Shown here: positions 37,277-53,165 of the stretch, in pieces
Numbering within the stretch: the stretch's first letter is position 1
How the letters are laid out: each line of letters begins with the position of its first letter
Assembly: GCF_009914755.1 (NCBI RefSeq)
Contig: NC_060926.1
From: the human T2T-CHM13v2.0 reference genome, Homo sapiens
Reading direction: 5' to 3' (one strand)
Length of the DNA: 64,000 bases
The notes under the pieces: generated by a model
Databases searched by the model: none
Seen by the model: the letters and a program-made list of their open reading frames with translations, nothing else
Told to the model about the DNA's origin: nothing
Translations under genes and position numbers: made by a program

Positions 37277-38127
37277 AGATGGGGAAAGAGACCTGATGAA
37301 AACCTAAAAATATGATTCCCTCTGTCATTAATTCTCTTTTAAAGTGCTTATATTGGTAGTTGGCATTGTTTAAATTTGAATCACATGGACAGTCTTTAGC
37401 CATTTCACTGGCTTTAATTTGAGTCTCAAAGGGAGTTCTTCAGGCTTTTTTCTAAATATAATATAATAGCAATATTGTTAAGAAGTTGGAATTCTGCATA
37501 ATTACCATAAGATTAAGAAGTCGTTATGTTTAGTTTGGACATACGGAAACTGTAAATTGCATTGAAGATAACTTCATTTAGAATATTTTGATGTTTTTTT
37601 ATTAGTTATACCCTTGGAGTCATGCCCTTGGAGAGGAGAGCTTTTATCAATATTTTAATGGGTCAACTATTAAAATTGTTTCACAACTTTGAATAAGAGT
37701 ACACAAAGGTTTTAAAAAATAAGGTCAAATTGGAAACACGTCAGAAGAAAACCAGTGACATAGTATTAGAAACAGCTATGACTATGAAACTAACACATTT
37801 TTATAGACCAATAATAATTTTGTTTACATCATTTTAAATTATGAAGTAATCAAAATAAAGGCTTTTTATCTTGTATTAATGTTTGCACTAATTTGTAATT
37901 TTTGTTTTTAAAATAATTTTAGTTTAAAATATATTGGAATGTGATTTAGAAACCAAATCAAAATTGCCTACAAATTGGATGAGGTTGCAAACCAACTAAA
38001 TGAGAGGAAAGACAACATAACTCCTAGAATTAGCACAGTTGGTAGTCAGTGCAAGTGGTATTGATTAAATTACACAACTAGAATATGATAAATTTTTGAA
38101 AGAGGTGTGATTTGTTAGAAGGTAAAA

Positions 38128-38602
38128 CACTATTCACAACAGCAAAGACTTGGAGCCAACCCAAATGCTCATCAATGATAGACTGGATAAAGAAAATGTG
38201 GCACATATACACCATGAAATATTATGCAGTCATAAAAAAGAATGAGTTCATGTCCTTTGCAAGGACATAGATGAAGCTAGAAACCATCATTCTCAGCAAA
38301 CTAACACAGGAACAGAAAACCAAACACCACATGTTCTCACTCATAAGTGGGAGCTGAACAATGAGAACACATGGACACAGGGAGGGGAACATCACAAACC
38401 GGGGCCTGTCGGGAGGTTGGGAGCAAAGGGAGGGAGAGCATTAGGACAAATACCTAATGCATGTGGGACTTAAAGCCTAGGATGACTGGTTGATGGGTGC
38501 AGCAAACCACCATGGCACATGTATACCTATGTAACAAACCTGCACCTTCTGAACATGTATCCCAGAACTTAAAGTAAAATAAATAAATTTAAAAAAATAA
38601 AA
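38128..38602 (+). mobile_element. 5'-truncated L1PA (L1PA6/7-like), ~475 bp
   Basis: Classic L1PA 3' UTR. TSD AGAAGGTAAAACA (38117) / AGAAGTTAAAACA (38603). Confidence 0.93.
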
Positions 38603-38805
38603 AGAAGTTAAAACAAAAGAAACTTGGTTTTAAAAGTATTTCAACATACATTATTTTTTGACTGTCATTTTTCTTTCTTAGGTTAACTAAATTAAGTATA
38701 TTTTTCTTGCAAATAAATATTTCATACAATGCAAATAAAAGTTATATGGAATTTCATTGCAAAGAGAGAACAAGAATTGTAAAACTGATGAATTAGATCC
38801 TATAA

Positions 38806-39161
<356 letters not shown>

Positions 39162-39299
39162 TACAAAGGGCAATTTAAACATTTTGGCATAACTCATATA
39201 CTTCCATAACTCAGAAATGGCTTGGCAGGTATCCAGATTCCATTGTGGGTAAAACTGCACACTGTAAAAAAGTGAGAATTTGCCAACCAATTATATTGA

Positions 39300-42030
<2,731 letters not shown>

Positions 42031-42079
42031 TATAAAACCGAAATGCCTGATAAGGGAAGACTCTGCACCTGATTTTTTT

Positions 42080-42715
42080 CAAAATTTTATTTGTATTTAA
42101 GCCCTTTAATTCTCAGCTTCTATAATCAGATTTTTAAGTTCCATGAAAAGCTCTCATGGAATTTTGATTGAAATTGCATTATATTTTGGTATAACTGAGA
42201 AGAATTTACAATACTGATTCTCTATATTAACAGAGAGTAGTATTTAACTTTCCATTTATCCAAGTCTTATTTGATGTCTTTTAATAAATACTTATAATTC
42301 CCCTTTCATGTCTACACATAATTTATTAAGTAAATATCTTGATACTTTTAGATGTCACTGCTTTTGTGAGTGATATTTTTAAAAATGCATTTTCTTCATA
42401 AATATTATTCATGAATAGGAATGCTCTGATGTGTATCTAAAATTCTGAGTTTCTTGGATTTTGTATGTAGATAGCCATATGTTTTTGGATAGTGATTTTT
42501 TTATTTCCAATCCTTATGAAATGTTGTATATTTTCTAAGTATAAAATCAAATTATTTGATAAAAGTTTTAATTTCCATTCCTTATTTACTTTCCATTCCT
42601 TATATATCTTATTTATTGTAATAATTTTCTTAAATTAGGACCTTGAACGAGATTATTAATACAAGTACTGATATCCAGTATTATTGTCTCATCTCTGATT
42701 TTAAATTCCTGATTC
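42080..42715 (-). mobile_element. Old L1M ORF2 fragment, opposite orientation to its neighbours
   Basis: GGAATTTTGATTGAAATTGCATT...TTTCTTGGATTTTGTATGTAGATAGCCATATG. Confidence 0.6.
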
Positions 42716-43264
42716 TATCTTTAAAAATCAATGAGTATTCAAAAAAATTCTTGTCACTCACAAGATTCACCAGATATTTGTGAATAAAAATTCCAATATT
42801 ACCATATTATTTAACAATGTAGAAAAGGAAGTAAACACCTTAACTTGTTCGATAAATTTAACACAGTTTTTAAAGAAAAATGCTTGATAAAGGTGAGATA
42901 GAACATGCAAAATTATGAGCTAATAACACTAATACCTTTTGAAATTATTGCAAACCAAATCATTTACAGATTTTATGATCCAATTAATTTAAAATGCATT
43001 TGTTAAGATTCACATTCATTACTAATGAAAACCCATGCCAAGCAGTATGAAAAAGGACATCAATAACCCAGTAAAGAGTACCTACCAAAACTTCAACATC
43101 TATTGTAGTTCATGTAATGATGAAAACGTTTCCTCTGAGTTAGGGAACAAAAGAAGATTATCTCATATGATCACTTCTAGTCAACAGAATTCTCCAGGGA
43201 CTAGTGAGGACAGTTTAAGTTGGAAAAAATGAATGTAAGGTACAAAAATTGGAAAACTCTTATT

Positions 43265-43448
43265 CTTTGAACCCTCTCTCAGATTAGCTAACACAAAGCT
43301 AAATCTTGTTATCAGTTCTTTGAACACTCTCTGAGCTATCTCACCATTTTCTATGATGTACATTCTCCCTTGCTGCAATGAATAATAAACCAAACTTCTT
43401 CAACTACAGATATATCCCTGGTGATGCTTGAATAGAGGGCATCGGCAG
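43265..43448 (+). mobile_element. Probable ERV LTR 3' fragment
   Basis: CTCCCTTGCTGCAATGAATAATAAACCAAACTT...GGGCATCGGCA: a poly(A) signal plus a CA end, within L1 debris. Confidence 0.4.
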
Positions 43449-46400
43449 AATTGATCAAAATGTTGAGTGAGATTTGCACAGTGGTATGTAGGGATTAAAT
43501 CACTCTTTGTTACATGAACAGTGTAAGAAGATATATGGGCACCGTAAAGGGCAAGGTATGTGAAAAGGAAACAGAAAGTTGTCTAATGTAACTGGACTAT
43601 CAAGTGTGGGAAGTTCATGCAATAGAGAATGAGAATAATAACAAACTGTGCAATACATTTTAGATAAAACATGACAAAGGTATCTCAATTATAAAAGTAA
43701 ATAGGGCAAATGTATTTTTATCAGTTGCCTAAAGCAGATATATGGTTGAAAGATTGGAGGGTATGCATTTGTATATATGCATGCACACACACACATATAT
43801 GATTTAATTATATTTTTAAAATCTATGTGGTTTGAGACATGGTCAGTTTTAATATCATACTTCTTATTCCAGAAATATAGTACATCTTTTTGAAACAATT
43901 CAAAAGTTAGAACAAGATTATAAACTGGGAAAAAATTTTGCTGTTCTCTGCTAATTTTTTAAAAATTCTCCCTCATAGTCCAAATTTTAATTCTGTTTTA
44001 GGGCTAATAACGATATTTCAACTTAATAAAATAAACATTCCCTGCTTTCCTCAGAAGTTGATGCCTTTATGATTAGGGGTGGCAGCAGGCGAAAGTCTTG
44101 TGTTTAGTTTTAACTGTACCTTATCTTGGCTCAAGATAAAATCTTCACAATCTTTATTGCAACTTAGAAACAGACTGTGTTTATGAGCATATTTCAATTG
44201 CAGACACAATAAAAGGAATGTCACCTTGAATTCATGCTTTACTTTAAGCTTATGTCTCTCTGTAACTTGGTTGTTTATTTTGATAATTTAAACTATGACC
44301 CCTGTTAAATAAATATACTACCTAGTAATAAAGAGACTGGTTGCCAAAATAACAAACAAATATGTACTTTACTTAATACATTTCATTTGATGTGGTAGCA
44401 TTTGGCAACTACAAGGTCTTCACTCAAAGTAATGACAATAAAGGAAACACATGGGTAGACCTCTTGGTATTCTTCCAATCTGTGAACAAGGGATGATTTT
44501 CTATATGTTTGTGTCATCCATGATATATATTTTTTTCAGTGTTCAGTAGTTTCGCTCCTAGACATCTTTCATCTCCTTGATTAAATATATTTCTACATAT
44601 TGTCCTTTTTTGGTAGTTATTGTAAATGGCAATGAGTTCTTGATTTGGTTCTCAGTTTGATCATTGTTGGTGTATAGAAATACTACTGAGTTTTGTGCAT
44701 TGATTTTATATCCTGAAACATTACTAAAGACATTTATGAAATCCAGGAGTCTTTTGGAGGAGACTTTAGGGGTTTCTAGATATAAGATCATATCATCTGT
44801 GAATAGGTATAATTTGACTTTCTCTTTTCCAATTTGAATGCATTTTACCCTTTCTTTTGCCTGGTTGCCATGGCTAAAGCTTCTAGTACCGTGTTGAATA
44901 GGAGAGGTGATAGTGAACATCCTTGTCTAGCTAAAGTTATTAGGGGGAATGCTTTCAACTTGTCTTAGTTTCACATGCTGTTGGGTGTGGGTTTGTCATA
45001 TATGCCTTTTATTATTTTGAGGCACGTTCCTTCCATGCCTAGTTTGTTCAGGGTTTTCATCAAAAAGGTATGCTAGATTTTATTGAATGTGTTTTCTGGT
45101 CTATTGAGACTATCATATGGTTTAGGTTCTTAATTCTGTTAATATGGTGAGTCACATTTATTGATTTGCATATGTTGAACTATACTTGAATCCCTGGAAT
45201 AAAACCCACTTGATCATAGTGTATTATTTTTTGACATGCTGTTGGATTTGCTTTGCTAGTATTTTGTTGAGGATTTTTGTATCTATGTCCATTAGGGTTC
45301 TTGGCTTCATTCTTTTTTGTGTGTGTGTGTGGCGTCCTTGCCTGATTTTGGTATTAGGCTTATGCTGGCTTCATAGAATGAGTTAAGAAGGATTCCCTCT
45401 TCCTTGATATTTTGGAAGAATTTCAATAGGATTTGTATCAGTTCTTCCTTGTATATCTGGTTGAATTCAGCTATAAATTCATCTGGTGGTGGGCTTCTTC
45501 ATCTTAGAATATTTTTTAAATTACTGATTCAATTTCACTACTCATTATTAATCTGTTCGGAATTTCTATTTTATCCTGGTATAATCTTAGGAGATTGTAC
45601 ATTTACAGGAATGCATCTATTCCCTCTAGGTTTTCTAGTGTGTGCTCATAGAGATGCTTATGATAGTTTCTGATGATCTTTGTATTTCCGTGGTATCAGT
45701 TGTACTGTGACCTTTATCATTTCTGATTGTGCTAATTTGAATCTTCTTTTTTTCTTGGTTAATCTAGCTACCAGTCTATCAACTTTATATATCTTTTCAA
45801 AGAACTAACTTTTTCTTTTATTAATGCTTTATATTATTTTGATCTCTATTTAATTTAGTTCTGCTCTGATCTTTGTTATTTCCTTTCTTCTGCTATCTTT
45901 GAGTGTGGTTTTTGTTTTTTTCTAGTTCCTTGAGGTGCAATGTTAGGTTGTTAATTTGAGCTCATTCTATCTTTTTGATGCAGGCATTTAACACTATGAA
46001 CTTTCTTCTTAGCCTTGCTTTTGTTGTATCCAAGGGGTTTTCATACGATTTGCCTTTATTTCCATTTGTTTAAAAATTGTTATAATTTCCACCTTTATTT
46101 CATTTTTACCCAACAAATATTTAGGAATGGGTTGTTTAATTTCCATGAGCTCCTTTAGGTATTGATTTCTATTGTTATTTTGCTGTGGTTTAAGAAAATA
46201 TTTAATATAATTTTGATTTTAAAAAATTTATTGAGACTTGCTTTGTGGCCTAGTATATTATCTATTTTTGAGAATGCTCCATGCACAGAAAAGAAGAGTG
46301 TATATTCTGCAGTTGTTGCATGGAATGTTTTGTAAATGTTTGTGACATTCATTTGGTCTTCAGTCCAATTTAAGTCTAGACATTCTTTGTTAATTTTCTG

Positions 46401-46494
46401 CCTTGATGATCTGTCCCATGATGTTGGTGGGGTGCTGAAGCCCCCTCCCCATTATAATTTTGTTGCTCTCTATCTCATTTCTTAGGTCTAGTAC

Positions 46495-49081
46495 TGTATT
46501 AGTTCATTCCCATACTGCTATAGGGACATACCCAAGACTGGGTAATTTATAAAGGAAAGAGGTTTAATTGGCTCACAGTTCAGCATGGCTGTCAGGAAAC
46601 TTACAATCCTGGCAGAAGGGGAAGCAAACACATCCTAATTCACAAGGTGGCAGGAAGGAGAAGAATGAGGGCCAAGCAAAGGTGGAAGCTCCTTATAAAA
46701 CCATCAGATCTTGTGAGAACTTACTATCATGAGAATAGCATGGGGGAAACTGCCCCCATTAGTCAGTTCCCTTCTACAACATGTGGGGATTATGGAATCT
46801 ACAATTCAAGAAAAGATTTGGGTGGAGATAGAGATAAACCATACCATTCTACCCCTGACCCCTCCCGAATCTCAAGTACTCACATTTCAAAACGCAATTG
46901 ATATGATTTGGCTGTGTCCCCACCCAAATTTCGTCTTGAATTGTAGCTCCCATAATTCCCATGTGTGGTGGGACCCAGTGGGAGATAATTGAATCATGGG
47001 GGCTGTTTCCCCCTACTGTTCTTGTGGTGGTGAATAAGTCTCATAAGATCTGATGATTTTATAAGGGGTTTCCCCTTTCACTTGCTTCTCACTTCTCTCT
47101 TGCCTGCCACCATGTAAGACGTCCCTTTGCTTTTTCTTTGTCTTCCAGTTGTGAAGACTTCACAGTCATGTAGATTGTGAGTTCATTAAACCTCTTTCCT
47201 TTATAAATTACCCAGTCTTGTGTATGTCTTTATTAGCAGAGTGAGAACTAATGCAACAATCATGCTCTTCCAATAGTCCTCCAAAGTCTTAACTCATTCC
47301 AGCATTAACTCAATAGTCCACAGTCCAAAGTCTCATCTGAGACAAGGCAAGTCCATTCCACCTATAAGTCTGTAAAGTCAAAAGTAAGTTGGTTACTTCC
47401 TAGATACAATGGAGGTACAGCACTGGGTAAATATACTCATTCCAGGTGGGAGAAATTGGCCAAAACAGAAGGGCTACAGGCCCCATGCAAGGCCAAAATC
47501 CCACAGGGCAGTCATTAAACCTTAAAGTTCCAAAATGATCTCCTTTGATTCCATGTCTCACATCTAGGGCATGCTGATACAAGAGGTAGCCTCCCACGGC
47601 CTTGGGCAACTCCGTCTCTATGGCTTTGCAGGGTATAGCACCCTTTCTGGCTGCTTTCATGGACTGGTGTTGACTGTCTGCCACTTTTCCAGGTGCACAG
47701 TGCAAGCCATCGGTGGATCTACCATTCTGGGTTCTGGATGATGCTGGCTATCTTCTCACAACTGGTGCACCAGGCAATGCACCAGTAGGGACTCTGTGTG
47801 GGGGCTCAACCCCACATTTCCCTTCTGTACTGCCCTAGCAGAGGTTCTTTATAATGGCTCTGCACGTGCAGCAAACTGGACATCCAGGTGTTTCCATCCA
47901 TCCTCTGTAATCTGGGCAGAGGTTCCCCAACCTTAGTTCTTGACTTCTCTGTACCCCCAGGTCCAAAACCATGTGTAAACCACCAAGGCTTGGGGATTGC
48001 ATCTTCTGAGGCAATGGCCTGAGCTATAAGTTGGCTCCTTTTAGCTACGGCTGGAGCTGAAGCAGCTGGGATGCAGGGCACCATGTCCTTAGGCTGCATA
48101 GAGCAGAAGAGCCCTGGGCCCAGCCCATGAAACCATATTTTTCCTCCTAGGCCTCCAGGCCTGTGATGGGAGCGGCTGCCGTGAAGGTCTCTAACATGCC
48201 ATGGAGACATTTTTCCCATTTTTTGGTGATTAACATTTGGCTCCTCATTACTTATGGAAATTTCTGCAGCAGGCTTTTAATTTCTATGCAGAAAATGGGG
48301 CTTTCTTTTCTATCACATCATCTGGATGCAAATTTTCCAAAGTCTTGTGCTTTGCTTCCTGTTGAACACTTTGTTGCTTACAAATTTCTTCTGCCAGATA
48401 CCCTAAATCATCTCTCTCAAGTAAAAGTTCCACAAATCTCTAGGGCAGAGGAAAATGCTTTCAGAATCTTTGCACAGCAAGAGTGACCATTACTCCAGTT
48501 CCCATCAGGTTTCTCATCTTCATCTGAGACCACCTCAGCCTGGAGTTCATTGTCTTTATCACTATCAACATTTTTTTGAAAGCCATTCAACAAGTCTCTA
48601 GGAAGTTCCAAACTTTCCCACATTTTCTGTCTTCTTCTGAGCCTTACAAACTGTTCCAGTCTCTGCCTGTTACCCAGTTCCAAAGTCACTTCAACATTTT
48701 TGGGTATCCTTATACCAGCACCCACACCTGGTACCAATTTACTCTATTAGTCCATTCTCATGCTACTATAAGGATATACCTGAGACTGGGTAATTTATAA
48801 ATAAAATTGACTCACTTTTCAGCATGGCTGGGGAGGCTGTGGGAATCTTACAGTCATGGTGGGAAGGGAAACAAGCACGTCCTTATTCACATGGTGGCAG
48901 GAAGGAGAAGTGCCTAGCAAAAGGGGGAAAAGCCCCATATTAAACCAGCAGATCTCTTGAAAAGTCACTCAGTATCACAAGAACAGCAGCATGGGGTTAA
49001 GTAGCCACCAATGACACGTAGGGATTATGGCAACTACAATTCAAGATGAGATTTGGGTGGGAACACATTCAAACCATATCA
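46495..49081 (-). mobile_element. Full-length THE1 (THE1D-like) MaLR: LTR 46495-46846, internal region, LTR 48743-49081
   Basis: LTRs run TGTATTAG...AAACCATA(T/C)CA. Typical THE1 internal sequence. TSD AGTAC at 46490-46494 and 49082-49086. Confidence 0.93.
46899..47255 (+). mobile_element. Nested THE1 solo LTR in opposite orientation
   Basis: TGATATGATTTGGCTGTGTCCCCACCCAAAT...ACTAATGCA. TSD GCAAT / ACAAT. The host internal sequence resumes after it. Confidence 0.9.
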
Positions 49082-52000
49082 AGTACTATTGTTTTATAAA
49101 TTTGGGTGCTCCAGTATAGGGTGAATACATATTTAAAATTATTATATTTTCTTGTTGAATTGATTCCTTTATCCTTATATAATGACATTTGTCATTTTTT
49201 AAACTGTATTTTCTATAAAGTCTGTTTTCTTTGATGTAAATATAGCCACTCCTGATCATTTTTGTTTCTAATTTGCATGGCATATCTTTTTCCACTCCTT
49301 TACCTTTCAGTATGTAAATGTCTTTACCAGTTAGATGGGTTTCTTCCATGCAGCATATGATTGGATCAGGATTTTTTTTTTAATCTCATTCAGTGGAGCA
49401 TTTAGTCCATTTACATTCAATGTTAATAAATGATATAAGAGATTTTGTTCCTGTCATATTGTTAATTATTACCTATTTGCTTTGCTATGTCAGTTGTGTA
49501 ATTGCTTTATAAGTCCTGAAAGTTTTATATTTTCATGTGTTGTTATGATGATGAGTATTGTTTTCCATTTCCATATTTGGAACTCTTTTGAGCACCTTTT
49601 TAGAGCCAGTCCAATGGTGAACAATTCCTGTAGTGTTTGCTTAACTGGAAAAGACATTATTTTTCCTTTGTTTATGAAGCTTTATTTAGCTGGATGCAAA
49701 ATTCTTGAATTGCATTTTTTTTTCTTTAAGAAGGCTGAAGATAGGATCTCAATATCTTCTGGCTTTTACAGTTTCTGCTGAGAGGTCCACTGTTAGTCTG
49801 ATGTGATTTTTTTTTTATATATGATTAGATGCCTTTCTCTTGCCACTTTCAGAAATGTTTCCTTCCTGTTAACTTTGGAGAACCTGATGACTACATGCTT
49901 TGGTGAAGTTCTTTTTGCCCTGTATCTCCCAGGAGTTTTCTGAGCTTCTTGTATTTGGATTTCCAGATTTCTAACAAGACCAGAGAACTTATCCTGAATT
50001 ATCCTCTCAAACAGGCTTTCCATGCTTTTTGCTTTTTATTCTTCTCCCTCCAGAGTAGCTACAATTTGTAGGTTTGAGCACATCATATAATCCCATATTT
50101 CTCAAAAGCTTTGTTTATTAAAAAAAAATCCCTTTTCTTTATTTTTGTCTGACTGGGCTAATTAAAAAAAAAAATCTGTCTTCCAGTTCTGAAATTTTTT
50201 TCTTCTGCTTGGTCTAACCTATCGTTAAAGCTTTCAATTGTATTTTATAATCCTGCAATTTTTTTTATGTCCAAAAGTTTTCTTTTTTAAAAGTAATTAT
50301 CTTCTCTTTTAATCCTGAATTGTTTTTCAGATTTCTTTGTGTGAAGTTTCAATTTTCATTTCAATCTCATTGAGCTTCCTTAAAATCCATATTTTGAATT
50401 CTTTACATGTTATTTCAGAATTTTCATCTCTAAAGAGTAGGTTTTATTCTTTGAGGATTTCCTAATGCTCTATTTAATCATACTGCCAGAGTTCTTATGC
50501 TGGTTCCTTCTCCCCTGAAGAAGCTGTTACTTTTATTTTTGAATTTACTTTCATTTAGATTATTTAGACGGGACCTTTTTTTTTCCTGCCTTGAGGATGT
50601 GACTGTAATGTTTGTTGTGTTTGGATTTAATTATATGTGCTTTCATGAGATTAACGCTCTGTATGAGTTCCTTGGTTATAGACAGACTTTGTGTAGGGGG
50701 TTTCTTATGTGATAGTTACAGTAGTAATGTACTAGGCATATAAGCAGTGCTCACTGTATTCTCACTGTACTGAGGTCTCCACAGTAGGCAAGGGGACTGC
50801 ACCAGCTTCATATCCCTGGCAGGCGGGAACATGATCCAGTTCTCTATCACACCCCTGTCCCAGGGCTTGGGACTCTCAGTTCAGTCAGACACTGTCCTCT
50901 ATTTCTAGGTCACAATGTAGGCAAGAGCCAAGGAAAACACCTGTCTCACAGTTCTCCATGGAAGTGGCTTTAAGGTGAAACATATTCCCTCAGCAAATAC
51001 AGACAGCTTTGCAGCTCACCTGTCCCCTGATACAGGAACAATGCTGTGATGTTGTTTTGTGTAGAGAGGGGAAAGGGCTATGCCTTTTAGTGCATGCTGG
51101 TAGGTGTCAGCTGTGGTGGTTTCAGCTGGTTGGGTCAGCTTGACCTCAGACCCTGGGAGGAATGATCAGGTTCTAGAGATGGTGGACCAGGCGAGGCAAT
51201 CTGCAGTCCTCAAGCCCCTAGACAGCCCTCTGCATGCACAAGTTTTGGAAGGACTGGGCTGGGACTTGACCAGGAGATTTGCCCTTAGGTCTCCAAGTTC
51301 AGATGCTGGTAATGATAGGGAGAGGTGGTCAGGTTTTTAGGGCATGCAGGAAGAACACTCAGGCAATGGCAGGCTAGCTGCCCTGTGGGCCTGCCAACAG
51401 GGTAGGCAGGCCCCTCTCAGAGGCAGCAGTGGAGGCAGGTAGCTGAGGGATGCACAGACTGCTCATGCTTTTGTCCTGAAGCAGCAGAAACAACAACAAC
51501 CATCCCCGGCATGCCTGAAGGCCCTCAGTCTCCATGCTCTCTCCCGGGCCTGCTAGCAGTGGCAGTGACAGCCCCAGCATGGAATGCAGGTCTCTGGGGA
51601 CTGGGCTGTCAGAATGTATCAGGCTGCTGCTGAAAGGTTCAGGCAAGAGCGGGGTAGCTATGCCATGGAGGTGTCGGGAAGGAAGGCAGGCCCCTCTCAG
51701 CAGGAGCAGTGGAGGCTAGCACCTATCAGGCATGTGGCCCACTCATGCTTCCATCCTGCAGTGGCAGCAATGGTATTCATTGTTGGAGCACATGAAGGTG
51801 CACAGTCTCCATACTCCCTCCATGGCCTGACTGCAGTGGCAGCTGCTGAGGCAGCAGTGCCAACCCCAGGGCAGAACACAAACTTCTAGGGTTTGGGGTT
51901 TCAGAATCATGCTGAGCTACAGTTGAAATGCTCAGGACGGGGCAGGGTGGCTGCACTGAGGGCCCACCACTGAATATGGCAGGCCTGCACAGAGGGAGCC

Positions 52001-52629
52001 AGTGGAGGCAGGCAACCATGGGGTGCATAGTTCACACTCTCTTCAATCTTGTAGCAGCTGCGGCTGTATCCATTGCTGGGGCACACATCGCTGCCCAGGC
52101 TCCATGCTCCATCCCTTACTTGGTGGAAGTCATGGCACAAGTGGTGTTGGCAGTCCCAGAGCAAAGCCCATGTCTCTAGGGTCTGGGCTTTCAGAGTGGC
52201 ACTGGGCAGCAGCTGCTCAGGACTCAAATGCCTGTATGATTCTGTGCAATTTTGAGCAATGCCTCTGTGCAATCTGTAGGCAGCTCTCTGTGTTAGTCTG
52301 GAGGCCTGGGTTTGGGTGGTTGAGAGGCTGTCCTGTAGTTAGGACTATAAAAGTCTTCAGAGAAAGTGTGGATCCTCAGTAGTTCCCCACTCACCCCTTC
52401 CACAAGTGAGGGAGTCTCTCCCAGCTCCATGTTGATCACAGCCCAGCAGGCTGCCTGGCTTCTCTCTCATCTGCTTTCCATAATTCCTGTCACTTCTCTG
52501 ATGAAATCCTTTGTTCTTTCTTAGATAATCTGTCTGAAGCGTAAATATTTACTTGTTATTTCTATTTCTCTCCATGGAAGAGGTGCCCACTAGCTACATC
52601 TAGTCAGCCATCTTGAACCAGCACTACCT

Positions 52630-53165
52630 TTTCTCATTTTTATTGGGCTAAGAATATTTTTTAAATATATATTTAAGACACATTTTTTTCCATATCTGAA
52701 TGGCAAATATTTTCCCCTAGTATGTGACTCTTTTTCATTTTCTTAATAGCATCTTTTGAAACAAAAGTTTTTAATTTTGATAAAGTATAATTTATCATTG
52801 ATTTCTTCTATGGATCACGATTTTAGTATCATATCTTAGAAATCCAGAACTTAAAATCATGAAAATTTTCTTGTATGTTTTCTTATAGAAATTTTACAGG
52901 TTTAGCTCTTACAATGAGAGCTATTATTCAGTTAAGCTAATTTTTTGTGTATTGTGTGAATCAAAGAGAAAGCTCTACATATGAATATTTCATTGCCCCA
53001 GTACCATTTGCTGATAAGTCAAATTTCCCCCCATTGAATTGCCCTGGCACATTTGTGAAAAATCAATGTACCACAAATATAAAAGTTTATTTTGAATCAT
53101 TAAATCTATTCTATTGATCTACATGTATATTCTTATGCCACTATCAGACTCCCTATTATAGATTT
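52630..53165 (-). mobile_element. L1M ORF2 fragment
   Basis: AAGTTTTTAATTTTGATAAAGT...CCCAGTACCATTTGCTGA...CCATTGAATTGCCCTGGCAC. Confidence 0.75.

Larger units (their letters stand above)
44460..52620 (-). mobile_element. L1PB-like element (3'-truncated, ORF2-ORF1-5' UTR) interrupted by THE1
   Basis: RT peptide 44558-44920 ([14 protein letters not shown]), endonuclease 49086-49349, ORF1 49793-50023 (IQIQEAQKTP..RTSPKHVVIRFSKV). GC-rich 5' UTR 50750-52620 ending AGTCAGCCATCTTG. Confidence 0.88.

Noticed and set aside
47400-48800. ORFs of 100-137 aa inside THE1
   Set aside because: Fragments of the non-autonomous MaLR internal region broken by stops and frameshifts.
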